From IMG/VR virus record IMGVR_UViG_3300036770_003861, positions 1 to 58,558 of that record: a DNA stretch of 58,558 nucleotides; one strand, 5' to 3'. Source of the stretch: a virus. Its lineage: Duplodnaviria > Caudoviricetes. How positions within the stretch are numbered: the first letter of the stretch is position 1; each line of letters begins with the position of its first letter. The translations under genes and the position numbers were made by a program. Shown here piece after piece: positions 46,226-55,127 of this stretch. The notes below the pieces were generated by a model. It made no database searches, was not told the origin of the DNA, and saw only the letters and a program-made list of their open reading frames with translations.

Positions 46226-46461
46226 CGCTCGTACTTGGGCGCTCCACAGGGCACATGGCTGATGGCGAGGTAAGTCTCGCCGCATTCGCTGTCCTGCCAG
46301 CACGTCAGGCGCATATGCTTTCGATGCCGGGGGTGCTGCGTGTAGACGAGATCCCCCTCGGGGTCCTCGTAGCAATAGCCCTCCTCGCCGTCGAGCTCGG
46401 GGCGACGCAGCCAGCCGTACTGCCAGTGCCAGCCGGTGGAGACAAACTCGTCCTCATTCAT
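46222..46461 (-). CDS. Hypothetical protein between terS and terL
   Basis: AAGGA RBS; coupled to terL by ATGA. Confidence 0.55.
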   Translation of the reverse strand: MNEDEFVSTGWHWQYGWLRRPELDGEEGYCYEDPEGDLVYTQHPRHRKHMRLTCWQDSECGETYLAISHVPCGAPKYER

Positions 46462-46966
46462 TCTGCGCATCCTTTGCTTTCTTCGCCGCCAGCAGCGCCT
46501 GCTTCAGCGCCTCCCGGTGCTCCGGCATCAGGTCGCGCGCGTCGATCGTCAGCGCCTGCACCTGCACGGGGCCGCCGCCAGCGCCAGTGATCTCCGTCTG
46601 CGTGCGATCCCCGTAGATGCGGGGCGCGATTTTCATAACGCGCCATTGTAGATGGTTCAGCTTCGCGCGCGTCGAATTGACGTTCTTCTCTGTGCACTTA
46701 GTGACAATCTCCTTCATTTTGAACATCTCGAAGTCGGCCAAAGCCTCGCGCGCGCGCGCGCATTGAGCGTCAAATTCAGGGTGCTTGTGCCTCCAGCGCA
46801 GAACTGACGACCTCGACGGCATGTCGGGCATATTGCAGATCTCTTGCATATCATGACCCTCGGCCATGAGTTCGATGATGCGTTCAGCAATCTCCTGCGA
46901 ATACGTCGAGGGCCTGCCCGGCTTGCCCGGTAGAGGCTTCTCTGGCGTTGGTTTAAACCTCGGCAT
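46454..46966 (-). CDS. terS: Terminase small subunit (Sf6/P22-like)
   Basis: GRPSTYSQEIAERIIE...MPSRSSVLRW...W...KIAPRIYGD. Confidence 0.85.
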   Translation of the reverse strand: MPRFKPTPEKPLPGKPGRPSTYSQEIAERIIELMAEGHDMQEICNMPDMPSRSSVLRWRHKHPEFDAQCARAREALADFEMFKMKEIVTKCTEKNVNSTRAKLNHLQWRVMKIAPRIYGDRTQTEITGAGGGPVQVQALTIDARDLMPEHREALKQALLAAKKAKDAQNE

Positions 46967-47162
46967 CGGGCTTTTCCTTTTTCGGCTCCAGAGCCTCGCG
47001 CACGGTCTTGCACGTCTCTGCGATGCGGCCCTGATTGATCCCATACATGCCGGCGATAGTGGACTGAGCCACGCCCTCGCAGAAATAGGCCCAAGCGACA
47101 GCAATTTGCTGCTCAAACGTCAAAGCGGTGGGTTTCTCCTCAACTTTAAAGCCCCGGCGCAT
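46953..47162 (-). CDS. Small HTH protein
   Basis: GVAQSTIAGMYGINQGRIAE HTH. Confidence 0.6.
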   Translation of the reverse strand: MRRGFKVEEKPTALTFEQQIAVAWAYFCEGVAQSTIAGMYGINQGRIAETCKTVREALEPKKEKPDAEV

Positions 47163-47440
47163 CAGTCAAACTCCCTTTCGATGGCGGCCCGGCCCAGCGG
47201 CGTGTCGGCGAGCTGGCCCAGCGCATTCATGTAGAGCTCGATAAGCGTCTGCTCTTCGCTGCGCTTGGCCGCGTCCTGACGGCGCAGGGCGACGACCTTG
47301 CGCAGTATCTTGACGTCGTAGCCGTTGCCCTTGGCCTCGGCGTACACGTCCTTGATATCGTTGGCGATCTCCGCCTTGTCGCTCTCCAGAGCCTCAATGC
47401 GGTCGACGATGCTTGCTAACTGATTGTTATTGATGGACAT
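47162..47440 (-). CDS. gapR: GapR/DUF2312-family DNA-binding protein
   Basis: QLASIVDRIEALESDKAEIANDIKDVYAEAKGNGYDVKILRKVVALR...LY..ALG. Confidence 0.88.
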   Translation of the reverse strand: MSINNNQLASIVDRIEALESDKAEIANDIKDVYAEAKGNGYDVKILRKVVALRRQDAAKRSEEQTLIELYMNALGQLADTPLGRAAIEREFD

Positions 47441-47492
47441 GCCACCCTTCCCCATTGATCTGACGCGTAGCGTAGCACGGATTTATTTTTTA

Positions 47493-47545
47493 GACAAAAT
47501 GTCTGTTTGGTCTGTTGACACCGGAAATGTTTTCGTGCGAAAAGG
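47493..47545 (+). promoter_or_regulatory. Early promoter with operator
   Basis: GACAAAATGTC at 47493; TTGACA at 47515; CACCGGAAATGTTTTCGTG shared with the 48265 copy. Confidence 0.6.
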
Positions 47546-47575
47546 TGAGTGTGATTTGAACGTATGGAGATTGAC

Positions 47576-47917
47576 ATGATCACGTTGCACACCGAAACCT
47601 TCGCCCCCGCCGCCGAGCTGTCGAAGTACGCGCAAGACTATGGCTTGAACGAGGGCACTGTCGAAGTGACGTTTCAGGGCGAGACGCGCCGGGTGGAGTG
47701 CATTGCGCCGAACGACAAGCGCGCCGACTGGGTGATCTATGGTCTGTGCGCTCGGTACGCGACCGGCTCCAAGGTCTGGCACGCGACCATCTGGCACAAC
47801 GGCGAGAAGGTCAAAAGCGTCTTCACCGGCTTTGAAAATCGCTCCGGCCGCTTCAGCCGGCCCAGCCTCGTTGGGTTCATCGAGAAGGTGAGCGAGAAAC
47901 ATATCAGCAAGCGCTGA
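47576..47917 (+). CDS. Early hypothetical protein
   Basis: GGAG RBS; followed by a hairpin. Confidence 0.7.
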   Translation: MITLHTETFAPAAELSKYAQDYGLNEGTVEVTFQGETRRVECIAPNDKRADWVIYGLCARYATGSKVWHATIWHNGEKVKSVFTGFENRSGRFSRPSLVGFIEKVSEKHISKR

Positions 47918-47962
47918 GGGGCTCCGGCCCCTCACCCCCTCCCCAACATTTAGGAGTTAGAT

Positions 47963-48232
47963 ATGCAGACCCAAGTCAAGACCCGCTCCGTTAAGATCAG
48001 CACCATCATGCGTTCGGCCGCGTTCATGCGCGGCGTCAATGAGGCCCGCAAGGGGATCCCGATGGACTACGACGCCTACAGCAAGCCGGTCGAGCTGCCC
48101 ATGCGCTGGAACTACGAGCGCGGCCGTCAGTTCGGCCTCGTGTTCGATGGCGACATCAAGAACGGCCACACGGTGCGCTACGAGGCGCTCTTGAACTGGG
48201 CCGCGGCCCGCGCCGTTAAGGCCGTCATCTGA
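47963..48232 (+). CDS. Early hypothetical protein
   Basis: TAGGAG RBS; W.YERGR motif. Confidence 0.75.
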   Translation: MQTQVKTRSVKISTIMRSAAFMRGVNEARKGIPMDYDAYSKPVELPMRWNYERGRQFGLVFDGDIKNGHTVRYEALLNWAAARAVKAVI

Positions 48233-48261
48233 AAATTTTCAAAAATAATTTCCGGAGCCTA

Positions 48262-48291
48262 TTGCACCGGAAATTGTTTCGTGTCATAAAC
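48262..48291 (+). promoter_or_regulatory. Second early promoter
   Basis: TTGCAC-17-CATAAA; 17/19 identity to the 47519 motif; AT-rich upstream. Confidence 0.55.
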
Positions 48292-48331
48292 GCTCATCGG
48301 CAGACGCCGACCAACACTTAGGAGATCAGAT

Positions 48332-48646
48332 ATGTCCAACGTCATCGCTTCCCTCGCCAACCTCTCCGCCCTCTCCCTCGCCGACCGCTACGCCATCCTC
48401 AAGGCCGACGCTGACGCCATCGCCAAGGCCCTCGACGCCGTGAAGGCCGAGATCAAGGCCACCGGCCTCGAGACCATCGAGGGCGACCGCGCCGTCGTGA
48501 CCGTGGCGCTCTCCGAGCGCTCCACGCTCGACACTAAGGCCGCCAAGGCCCTCCTGACCGACGAGCAGGTCGTGGCCTGCACCAAGGTCACGCTGGTCGA
48601 GACCATCCGCGTCAAGCCGAAGGCGGGCGTCACGGTGCTGGCCTGA
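48332..48646 (+). CDS. Early hypothetical protein
   Basis: TAGGAG RBS; strongly GC3-biased codons. Confidence 0.8.
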   Translation: MSNVIASLANLSALSLADRYAILKADADAIAKALDAVKAEIKATGLETIEGDRAVVTVALSERSTLDTKAAKALLTDEQVVACTKVTLVETIRVKPKAGVTVLA

Positions 48647-48704
48647 AAATCGAGAAGGGGCTTCGGCCCCGCTCACTTTCATCACACAACAGGAGCTTAA
48701 GCAT

Positions 48705-48995
48705 ATGACTGTAATGGACCGCAAATCACCCACCGTCGAAATCATCGCAGAGTTTCTGGGGACGGACATTGATGAAGTCCGCGAGATGCTCTACCAGCCC
48801 ACCGTTCACCGCAGCCCCAAAGTGTACTCGTGGAACGACGAGCCTTGGAGCTTCTTTTGCTGCCCCACGGCAAAGCAAAAACTGCCAAAAATGGCTGGCG
48901 AGGAAATGCCTTGGGAGATCGCCGGATATTCATGGCGGGAAAGCCACAAAAATCGCCCCGTGTACGGGTTGCGCTACGAAAACCTCAAAGGTTGA
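48705..48995 (+). CDS. Early hypothetical protein
   Basis: AGGAG RBS. Confidence 0.7.
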   Translation: MTVMDRKSPTVEIIAEFLGTDIDEVREMLYQPTVHRSPKVYSWNDEPWSFFCCPTAKQKLPKMAGEEMPWEIAGYSWRESHKNRPVYGLRYENLKG

Positions 48996-49062
48996 AAGAG
49001 GGGCCGCAAAATGAGAACCATCACCCGTGAGGCGGGTGCTGATGAGACCAAGGAGATTTGAG

Positions 49063-49335
49063 ATGCAAACCATTTACACGCTGACCATCCGCCCCTCCGT
49101 CCAGATCCCCGTCGGGGGCCTGCGCCTCGATGTCGGCAACGAGCGCACGTATCTGTTCCGCTCGCTCAAAGAGCGTCAGGCCGTCATCGACTGGGCCAAG
49201 GCCAATGGCTGGGAGTGCGAGAGCAGCATCGACCACCTGATGGCCGCGAAAGAGGTCAAGGCCGAGATCGCTCAGAACGTCGCCCGCTGCTGCGAGCCGT
49301 TCTATTTCCGCGCCCCGGAACTCGTGGACGCCTGA
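49063..49335 (+). CDS. Early hypothetical protein
   Basis: AAGGAG RBS; MQTIYTLTIRP. Confidence 0.7.
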   Translation: MQTIYTLTIRPSVQIPVGGLRLDVGNERTYLFRSLKERQAVIDWAKANGWECESSIDHLMAAKEVKAEIAQNVARCCEPFYFRAPELVDA

Positions 49336-49382
49336 CGGTCAAGGCGGGGCTTCGGCCCCGCCACTCGCACTGGAGAGATCAA

Positions 49383-49625
49383 ATGAAACACATCACGAAA
49401 AACCAAGCCCTCCTGCTGATCGAGAACTTCCCTCTTACCACCCCCACCACCGAGCCCTGCTACGTCGTCAACTGGCCCCTGTGGTTCGCGTGGTGCGAAG
49501 TGCAGGGCCGGCCCACCGACGGGTCCCCGCACTGGACCGAGTACGACGTGTGCGTCTCCTGCGCCCGGCTGGTCGGGGTCTATTTTTTCGACCTGATCAA
49601 GGAGGACACGAACAGTGACGCATGA
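49383..49625 (+). CDS. Early hypothetical protein
   Basis: GGAG RBS; MKHITKNQ. Confidence 0.6.
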   Translation: MKHITKNQALLLIENFPLTTPTTEPCYVVNWPLWFAWCEVQGRPTDGSPHWTEYDVCVSCARLVGVYFFDLIKEDTNSDA

Positions 49626-49815
49626 CGAGTTTAGGCGGGCGATCGAGAGGCACGGCATCCTGCAGACCGACATCGCCCAGATCTGCGGCGTGACGCCCCG
49701 CACCGTGGGCAACTGGGCCTCCGGCCGCAAACGCGTGCCCAAGCCCCTCAGCCTGCTCCTGACGGCCCTGAACGAGGGCCGCATCAGTCTCAGTTGGCTC
49801 GCGACCAAGGCGTGA
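49615..49815 (+). CDS. XRE-family HTH protein
   Basis: GILQTDIAQICGVTPRTVGNWASGRKRVP. Confidence 0.8.
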   Translation: MTHDEFRRAIERHGILQTDIAQICGVTPRTVGNWASGRKRVPKPLSLLLTALNEGRISLSWLATKA

Positions 49816-49820
49816 CGAGG

Positions 49821-49845
49821 AGGCCCCCACGGGGGCCTTTTTTAT
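49821..49845 (+). terminator. Intrinsic terminator
   Basis: GC stem AGGCCCCC...GGGGGCCT followed by a T-run. Confidence 0.8.
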
Positions 49846-49859
49846 TGTCGGCCGGCAGG

Positions 49860-50105
49860 GGGCTTGGGGTGATGGGGTGTGGGGTGCATTCGTTTTACCT
49901 CAGTAGCCTATATATTTAATTTAATTTTTTCCCCGGTTCTTGAACTGAATTTTTAAATTTAAAATTAAAAATTCCTTATATCTCTTTTTATATATTTATT
50001 GAACACCATCACCCCAAAAAATAAAAAACATATAAAAAATAAAGGGTTAGCTTGGGGTGCATTGTTGGGGTGCAAAGTGTTTTGGGGCGCAGAGTTTGCG
50101 CCCCA
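49860..50105. other. AT-rich non-coding region flanked by GGGGTG(CA) repeats; putative replication origin
   Basis: Extremely AT-rich core at 49910-50045; GGGGTG copies on both sides; adjacent to the primase-helicase stop. Confidence 0.55.
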
Positions 50106-50111
50106 TGCGTG

Positions 50112-52589
50112 TCAAAACGGAATGTCATCGAACCCGTCGCCCTTTTCGTTGAACTGGCGAACTACCTCGACAGCCTCTTGGGGTGTAATGCGCCCCTTCC
50201 TGAACCAGACGTAATGATCGACGCGATCCTTGAGTTTGACGCGCCTGTTGGGGATCTGCGTGTACCCCATGTCGCTCAGAATATGGCCCAGCGCCCGACC
50301 CTTTGGCACGTCATCGCCGTCAATCAGGGCGAACTTCCGGAGCTCTGTGACGTCGATGATGTCGGGCCCAATGACCCGGCACGAATGCTTCTCTAAAAGG
50401 ACCTCGATGCCGTCCCGCTCCTCGGAGACATTCAAACTGCGCATCGCCACAAGGCCATCAGTCTCCGGGGCCCGCCCCTCCGGCTTGAAATCTGCGTCAA
50501 TCTTCCAGTCCAGAAGCATCCGACCCAAGGCGTCGACACGCCTCTGGCACTCCGAAAACAGCCGATCGAAATACGCCGCCACAGCTTCCGGCCCACCGAG
50601 CTGCTCGTACAGGTCCTCCTTGCGCGTGTACCGGGTCGAGATCACGCAATAGCGCCGATCGTTGTCCCCGACCGGGATGGCGTCCGCGTGATTGGTGGAC
50701 ATGATGTAGGACGAAAAATTTGGGACGGTTCGCTCGTTCTCCTTCTTATAAATGACAGTGATGGTGTCGTCCGTGATCATCGGCTTCATTTTGTCGAGGA
50801 TGGCGTACTTGTTCGTGCCCGCGATGCGGATCTCGTCCACATTGATCAGGACGGCCCCGGCGGCCCACCCGGTGAACTCCGAATTGATCGCCGTCGTCGA
50901 GACGGACTTAGCGTTATGGCCGAGCAAGAGCTGCATAATGGTGAAGAAGAACGTCTTGCCCGCGCCCTCAATGCCATGGATCAGCACTGCCCACCGGACC
51001 CGCTTGCCGGGGTTCTGGTACACGTAGGCCATAAAGTTCAGCAGAATGCGCTGCTCCCGTTCTGAAGGGATAAGGTTGCGGACGTGGGCCATGAACAATT
51101 CCACGACGCTCTGCCCGTCCTCGTCGCCCTCGAGCGTCTCGCATGGCTCCTGCCCGCTTGCGACGTAGGTGTTCAGGTAGCGCAGGCCGTTCATCTCGAA
51201 GAACGACGGCTCGCCCGGCCAGAACATCAGGGCCGCGACCACCGGCATCTTGCAGTGACGCCGCGCAAAGGTGACGGCGTCGGTCTCCGCCGCAACAACC
51301 TCCGGCTCGCTGTCGTAGGTCGTGCGGAAGGCCTCCCGCTTGATGGAGTGGCGCACTGAGATGCGCTCATAGGTGTTGGTGGCCTGACAGAACACCCAGT
51401 CCTCCAGCCACGTCGGGCAGGCGACGCTCCCGTCATCGCCTCCCCCTCCGGGCAAAGGGCGCTCACCGCCCGAGAACTTGAAGGCCGCGGCCATCTCCCT
51501 CTTGCCGATCTTCGCGCCCTTGCCCCAGACCTCGTGGACGGTGCCCACGACGATCGAGCGCATGTCCTTGGGCAGGCGCATGTCGCTCAGGGCCCGCACC
51601 TCATTGCGCAGGGCCTTGTAGTCCTCCATCGAAGACACCGCCTCAGCGCGCTGCCGGAGGGCCTCGAAGGTCTGACTGTCGGGCCGGATCTCGATCGCCT
51701 GACGCAATCCGCCGGCGAGCTTGATGACCGAGGCGAATGTCACGGGCCGCTCGCGCAGGCCGCCGTCGAACGACCGCCACTTGGTCTTCATCTGACGCGG
51801 GTCATGCTTCGAGCTCTTCTCGGACCACGCCAGCCAGCGCCGCCATCCGGCGTCAGCGCCCTCGAACTGGTGGAAGAGCGCCATGCCCACGCGCAGCCAG
51901 TCGTCGTACTCCAGCCCCTCCGCCGGGTACGCGTCGAGGGCCGCGTCGACCTCGTCCTCAGTGAGGTCCAGAGGCCGCGCCGCCACGAGGCGCAGGAGCT
52001 CCTCGCCGTCATCCTCGCCCTCCGCGTCGCCGGTCCCCGCCGCCTCGACGACTGGCGCTGCCTCGACCACCTGCCACGGCTCCCCGTCATTGCGCAGGCT
52101 CCACGGCTCGACGCCGGGCTGGTGGGAGGGGAGGAACATGATCTGGTTCATGACGTAAGAGCACTTGTCGGGCGTCCCCAGCCCGACCGTGCGCACGATC
52201 TCGTCGACGGTCGCCTTGTACTCGGCCTCGTTCGCTGGACGCGACAGGGGCACGCACAGGCGCACGCGGGGCGCGTCTGGGGTGTGCCGGAACGTCGAGT
52301 AGCTCACGAAGGCGCAGTCGAGCGTGATCTGCAGCGCGAACTCCACGTCGCCGATGCCGATCGACAATGCGTCGTAGTCGATAGTCGCGACCGTCCGACA
52401 CTTGACGTTCGCCTCGCGGCCCCGGCTCTCGTCCTCGCGGACGCCTCCGATGAACGCGCCGCGCCGGACAGACGCCTCCTTGGTGGGGAACTCGACGCTG
52501 CGCGTCAGGGGCCGCGCGAAGTCGTCCCACTCCACCTCCTTCGTCACCGCGGAGGCGAAGTTTTTGCAGTAGGTGAATTTGATCATCAT
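50112..52589 (-). CDS. Primase-helicase (PriCT-2 + DUF5906-like NTPase)
   Basis: IDYD and STFRH primase motifs; YDDWLRVGMAL..W..WS..S.K PriCT-2; GIEGAGKT Walker A; VDEI; NDRRY. Confidence 0.88.
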   Translation of the reverse strand: MMIKFTYCKNFASAVTKEVEWDDFARPLTRSVEFPTKEASVRRGAFIGGVREDESRGREANVKCRTVATIDYDALSIGIGDVEFALQITLDCAFVSYSTFRHTPDAPRVRLCVPLSRPANEAEYKATVDEIVRTVGLGTPDKCSYVMNQIMFLPSHQPGVEPWSLRNDGEPWQVVEAAPVVEAAGTGDAEGEDDGEELLRLVAARPLDLTEDEVDAALDAYPAEGLEYDDWLRVGMALFHQFEGADAGWRRWLAWSEKSSKHDPRQMKTKWRSFDGGLRERPVTFASVIKLAGGLRQAIEIRPDSQTFEALRQRAEAVSSMEDYKALRNEVRALSDMRLPKDMRSIVVGTVHEVWGKGAKIGKREMAAAFKFSGGERPLPGGGGDDGSVACPTWLEDWVFCQATNTYERISVRHSIKREAFRTTYDSEPEVVAAETDAVTFARRHCKMPVVAALMFWPGEPSFFEMNGLRYLNTYVASGQEPCETLEGDEDGQSVVELFMAHVRNLIPSEREQRILLNFMAYVYQNPGKRVRWAVLIHGIEGAGKTFFFTIMQLLLGHNAKSVSTTAINSEFTGWAAGAVLINVDEIRIAGTNKYAILDKMKPMITDDTITVIYKKENERTVPNFSSYIMSTNHADAIPVGDNDRRYCVISTRYTRKEDLYEQLGGPEAVAAYFDRLFSECQRRVDALGRMLLDWKIDADFKPEGRAPETDGLVAMRSLNVSEERDGIEVLLEKHSCRVIGPDIIDVTELRKFALIDGDDVPKGRALGHILSDMGYTQIPNRRVKLKDRVDHYVWFRKGRITPQEAVEVVRQFNEKGDGFDDIPF

Positions 52590-52611
52590 TTTAGTTTCCC
52601 GCCACAGAGGG

Positions 52612-52983
52612 TCAGCCGCCTTTGTTTTTGTCGACATCACACGCGTCTATTGGCCAAAATTTCTTCCCCCTTTTTTCAAATTCATCATCTAAAATTTCAT
52701 AGAGCCTGCGACGCTCCTCAGGGTCCGGGATGCTCTCGATTTTCTTCCGTTGGGATCTCCACAAAATCACCGCCTCTCGCTCTTTTCCTTTTCTCGCGTC
52801 TCTGTAAGCAATAAATGGCGGACCTCCGGCGTCAAAAAACAAAGCCTCTTTAACCGCCTCCAGATCAAACCTCCGATGACCCGACGGCAATTGAAAAAAT
52901 GGGATGCGTCTCTCCTGCGCCAGCCGAGAAATTGTCTGCTTGGAAATGCCAAGCTCTTGAGCCAAAGCGGAACTCGTCAACAT
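52612..52983 (-). CDS. MerR/excisionase-like HTH protein
   Basis: LTSSALAQELGISKQTISRL..ERRIP...PSGHRRF. Confidence 0.75.
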   Translation of the reverse strand: MLTSSALAQELGISKQTISRLAQERRIPFFQLPSGHRRFDLEAVKEALFFDAGGPPFIAYRDARKGKEREAVILWRSQRKKIESIPDPEERRRLYEILDDEFEKRGKKFWPIDACDVDKNKGG

Positions 52984-53075
52984 TTTGGGGGTGCCCTTTC
53001 GTAACGATTGACATCAGATGGTCGATAACGTAACAAACGATTTACCACAAGGCAAATCAGACAAGGAACACGCAA

Positions 53076-53507
53076 ATGCTAGAAGCAGAAATCCAGAAGT
53101 TGACCGCCGCCGTCGAGGCCCTGACCGCGCAACTGAAAGTGTTCACCGAAGACGAGCCCGAGAGACTGAGCCGAAATGCTGATTTGGGTTCAAAGGTCGA
53201 GCCTGAACCTGAGCCCGCACCCCAGAAGGCCGCCAAGAAGTCTCCGGCTCGCGCAGCCAAGGGCCCCGAGCCTGAGCCTGAGGTCGCCCCTGAAGACCCG
53301 AAGCCGAGCGTCTCCAAGGACAATTTGAGGGATCTTGCCATGGAGATCAGCAAGGCCGACAGCGGCAAGAAGGGCGAGATACTGGCCGTTCTCGGTAAGC
53401 ACAACGCGAAGACCATCACGTTGCTGCCGGAGGATCCGGACGTCCTCTTTGACGTATTCACCGGCCTGTCGAACATTCTCGCTCAAATCGCGAGGGAGGC
53501 GGAGTGA
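53076..53507 (+). CDS. Hypothetical protein (Pro/Glu linker)
   Basis: MLEAEIQKLTAAVEAL N-terminus typical upstream of DUF2800; TTGACA at 53008. Confidence 0.75.
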   Translation: MLEAEIQKLTAAVEALTAQLKVFTEDEPERLSRNADLGSKVEPEPEPAPQKAAKKSPARAAKGPEPEPEVAPEDPKPSVSKDNLRDLAMEISKADSGKKGEILAVLGKHNAKTITLLPEDPDVLFDVFTGLSNILAQIAREAE

Positions 53508-53776
53508 TGAGCGACACAGTGAAAAGATTGCGAGACTATGATTTCGATGACAAAAAAGGCTTTGGGGTCTATCCCCCAGAGCATTTAATTTCTGACGCCG
53601 CCGACGAGATCGAAGATCTTCGTGCTGAAATTGATTTGCTGCGGGGTGTCCTAAAAGAAGCGATCGAGGAGATTGAGTTCTGGAGCGCTTATGCAAGTGA
53701 TTATTTCAAAGATAAGTACGAATATACCAGAAGGTTAGAACTTATTCGAGACGTCCTTGAGGAGAAGAAGCGATGA
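53504..53776 (+). CDS. Hypothetical protein
   Basis: VKRLR...DAADEIEDLR motif; coupled. Confidence 0.65.
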   Translation: MMSDTVKRLRDYDFDDKKGFGVYPPEHLISDAADEIEDLRAEIDLLRGVLKEAIEEIEFWSAYASDYFKDKYEYTRRLELIRDVLEEKKR

Positions 53777-54009
53777 ACGGTTACACTGCATATAGAATAT
53801 GGTGGCTTGAGAATATGGCTTTATACGACGCTGATGTAAAAGAGACTCACGCTCAATTTGATGACCATATCAATTCGATGTCGATGTCCGATATGTTTTA
53901 TTTAATGGAAAGGATTGCAGATGGTGAATACGATGGATTTCTTGCTGCCTATCAAAGGGAGACGGAACGCTTAAAAGAGCTTCACAGATCGAAGGTGGCC
54001 GAGCAATGA
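53773..54009 (+). CDS. Hypothetical protein (low GC)
   Basis: ATGA overlaps at both ends. Confidence 0.6.
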   Translation: MNGYTAYRIWWLENMALYDADVKETHAQFDDHINSMSMSDMFYLMERIADGEYDGFLAAYQRETERLKELHRSKVAEQ

Positions 54010-55127
54010 CCGCCCACGCAAAACTCAGCGCCTCTGGCGCACACCGCTGGATCGCCTGCCCCGGCAGCGTGAAGGCGGAGGAGGGCCTGCCCGACAGGAC
54101 CTCCCCCTTCGCGGAGGAGGGCACCATCGCCCACGACATCGCCGAGCGCGCCCTGCGTCTTGGCGTCAATTGTGACACGGTATGCGACCGGGCCGACCTC
54201 GCGCACATTCCCGAGCCAGCGCAAATTTATGTGGACTACGTGCGGGCCCTGCCGGGCAGGCACAGGTTCATCGAGACCCGCGTCGACTTCAGCGAGTGGG
54301 TGCCGGGAGGCTTCGGCACCGCCGACGCCATCGTCATCGACGAGGAGACTGCCACTCTCCACATTGCCGACCTGAAGTTCGGAAAAGGCGTTCGCGTTGA
54401 CGCGCAGAACAACCCGCAGGCGATGCTGTACGCTTTGGGCGCGTACAGCATGTTCGGCTTCATCCACAACGTCGAGCGGGTGAAGATCGCGATCGTCCAG
54501 CCGCGCATTGACAACATCAGCGAGTGGGAGATCTCCGTTCACGATCTTTTGAAGTGGGGAGAGATCGCCCGCGCAGCGGCCGAAGAAACGGCGAACCCGA
54601 AGGCCAAGCGGGTGCCGGGCGAGAAGCAGTGCCGGTTCTGCAAGGCCAAGGCGGACTGCCCGGCCCTCTACAAGCTGACTGAGCAGACCCTCCTGATGGA
54701 CTTTGAGGAGCACGACGAGCCAGTCGCGCCCAACAAGCTCACCGACGAGCAACTCGCGGAGGCGCTGAAGGCCCGGCCCGTCATCGAGGCTTGGCTCAAT
54801 GCGGTCGAGACACTTGTCAAGCAGCGCTTGTCAACTGGCGACCAGTTTTCCGGCTGGAAGCTTGTCGAGGGTCGCGCCAACCGCGCGTGGATCGACGAGG
54901 AGGACGCCGCCAAGGAGCTCGAGTGGCTCGTTGGCGACAAGGCGTTTGTACGCAAGTTGATCACCCCAGCGCAGGCCGAGAAGGCGCTGGGCAAGGCCCA
55001 CAAGATGGTCGTCGAGAGCCTCGCATACAAGCCGCAGGGCAAGGCCGCGCTGGCTCCGGCGAGCGACCCGAGGCCGTCGATCGTCGCGTCGGTGGATGAC
55101 TTTGATGATGTCAGCGAGGAGGATTGA
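54006..55127 (+). CDS. DUF2800 / Cas4-like PD-(D/E)xK exonuclease
   Basis: HAKLSASGAHRWIACPGS, GTAD, DLKFGKG, YALGA, QCRFCKAKADC. Confidence 0.88.
   Translation: MTAHAKLSASGAHRWIACPGSVKAEEGLPDRTSPFAEEGTIAHDIAERALRLGVNCDTVCDRADLAHIPEPAQIYVDYVRALPGRHRFIETRVDFSEWVPGGFGTADAIVIDEETATLHIADLKFGKGVRVDAQNNPQAMLYALGAYSMFGFIHNVERVKIAIVQPRIDNISEWEISVHDLLKWGEIARAAAEETANPKAKRVPGEKQCRFCKAKADCPALYKLTEQTLLMDFEEHDEPVAPNKLTDEQLAEALKARPVIEAWLNAVETLVKQRLSTGDQFSGWKLVEGRANRAWIDEEDAAKELEWLVGDKAFVRKLITPAQAEKALGKAHKMVVESLAYKPQGKAALAPASDPRPSIVASVDDFDDVSEED

Noticed and set aside
52612-52983. Excisionase-like HTH as evidence of lysogeny
   Set aside because: No integrase or att site found; such HTH genes commonly precede primases.
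54006-55127. Cas4-like nuclease as part of a CRISPR system
   Set aside because: Standard DUF2800 replication-module nuclease; no array or other cas genes.
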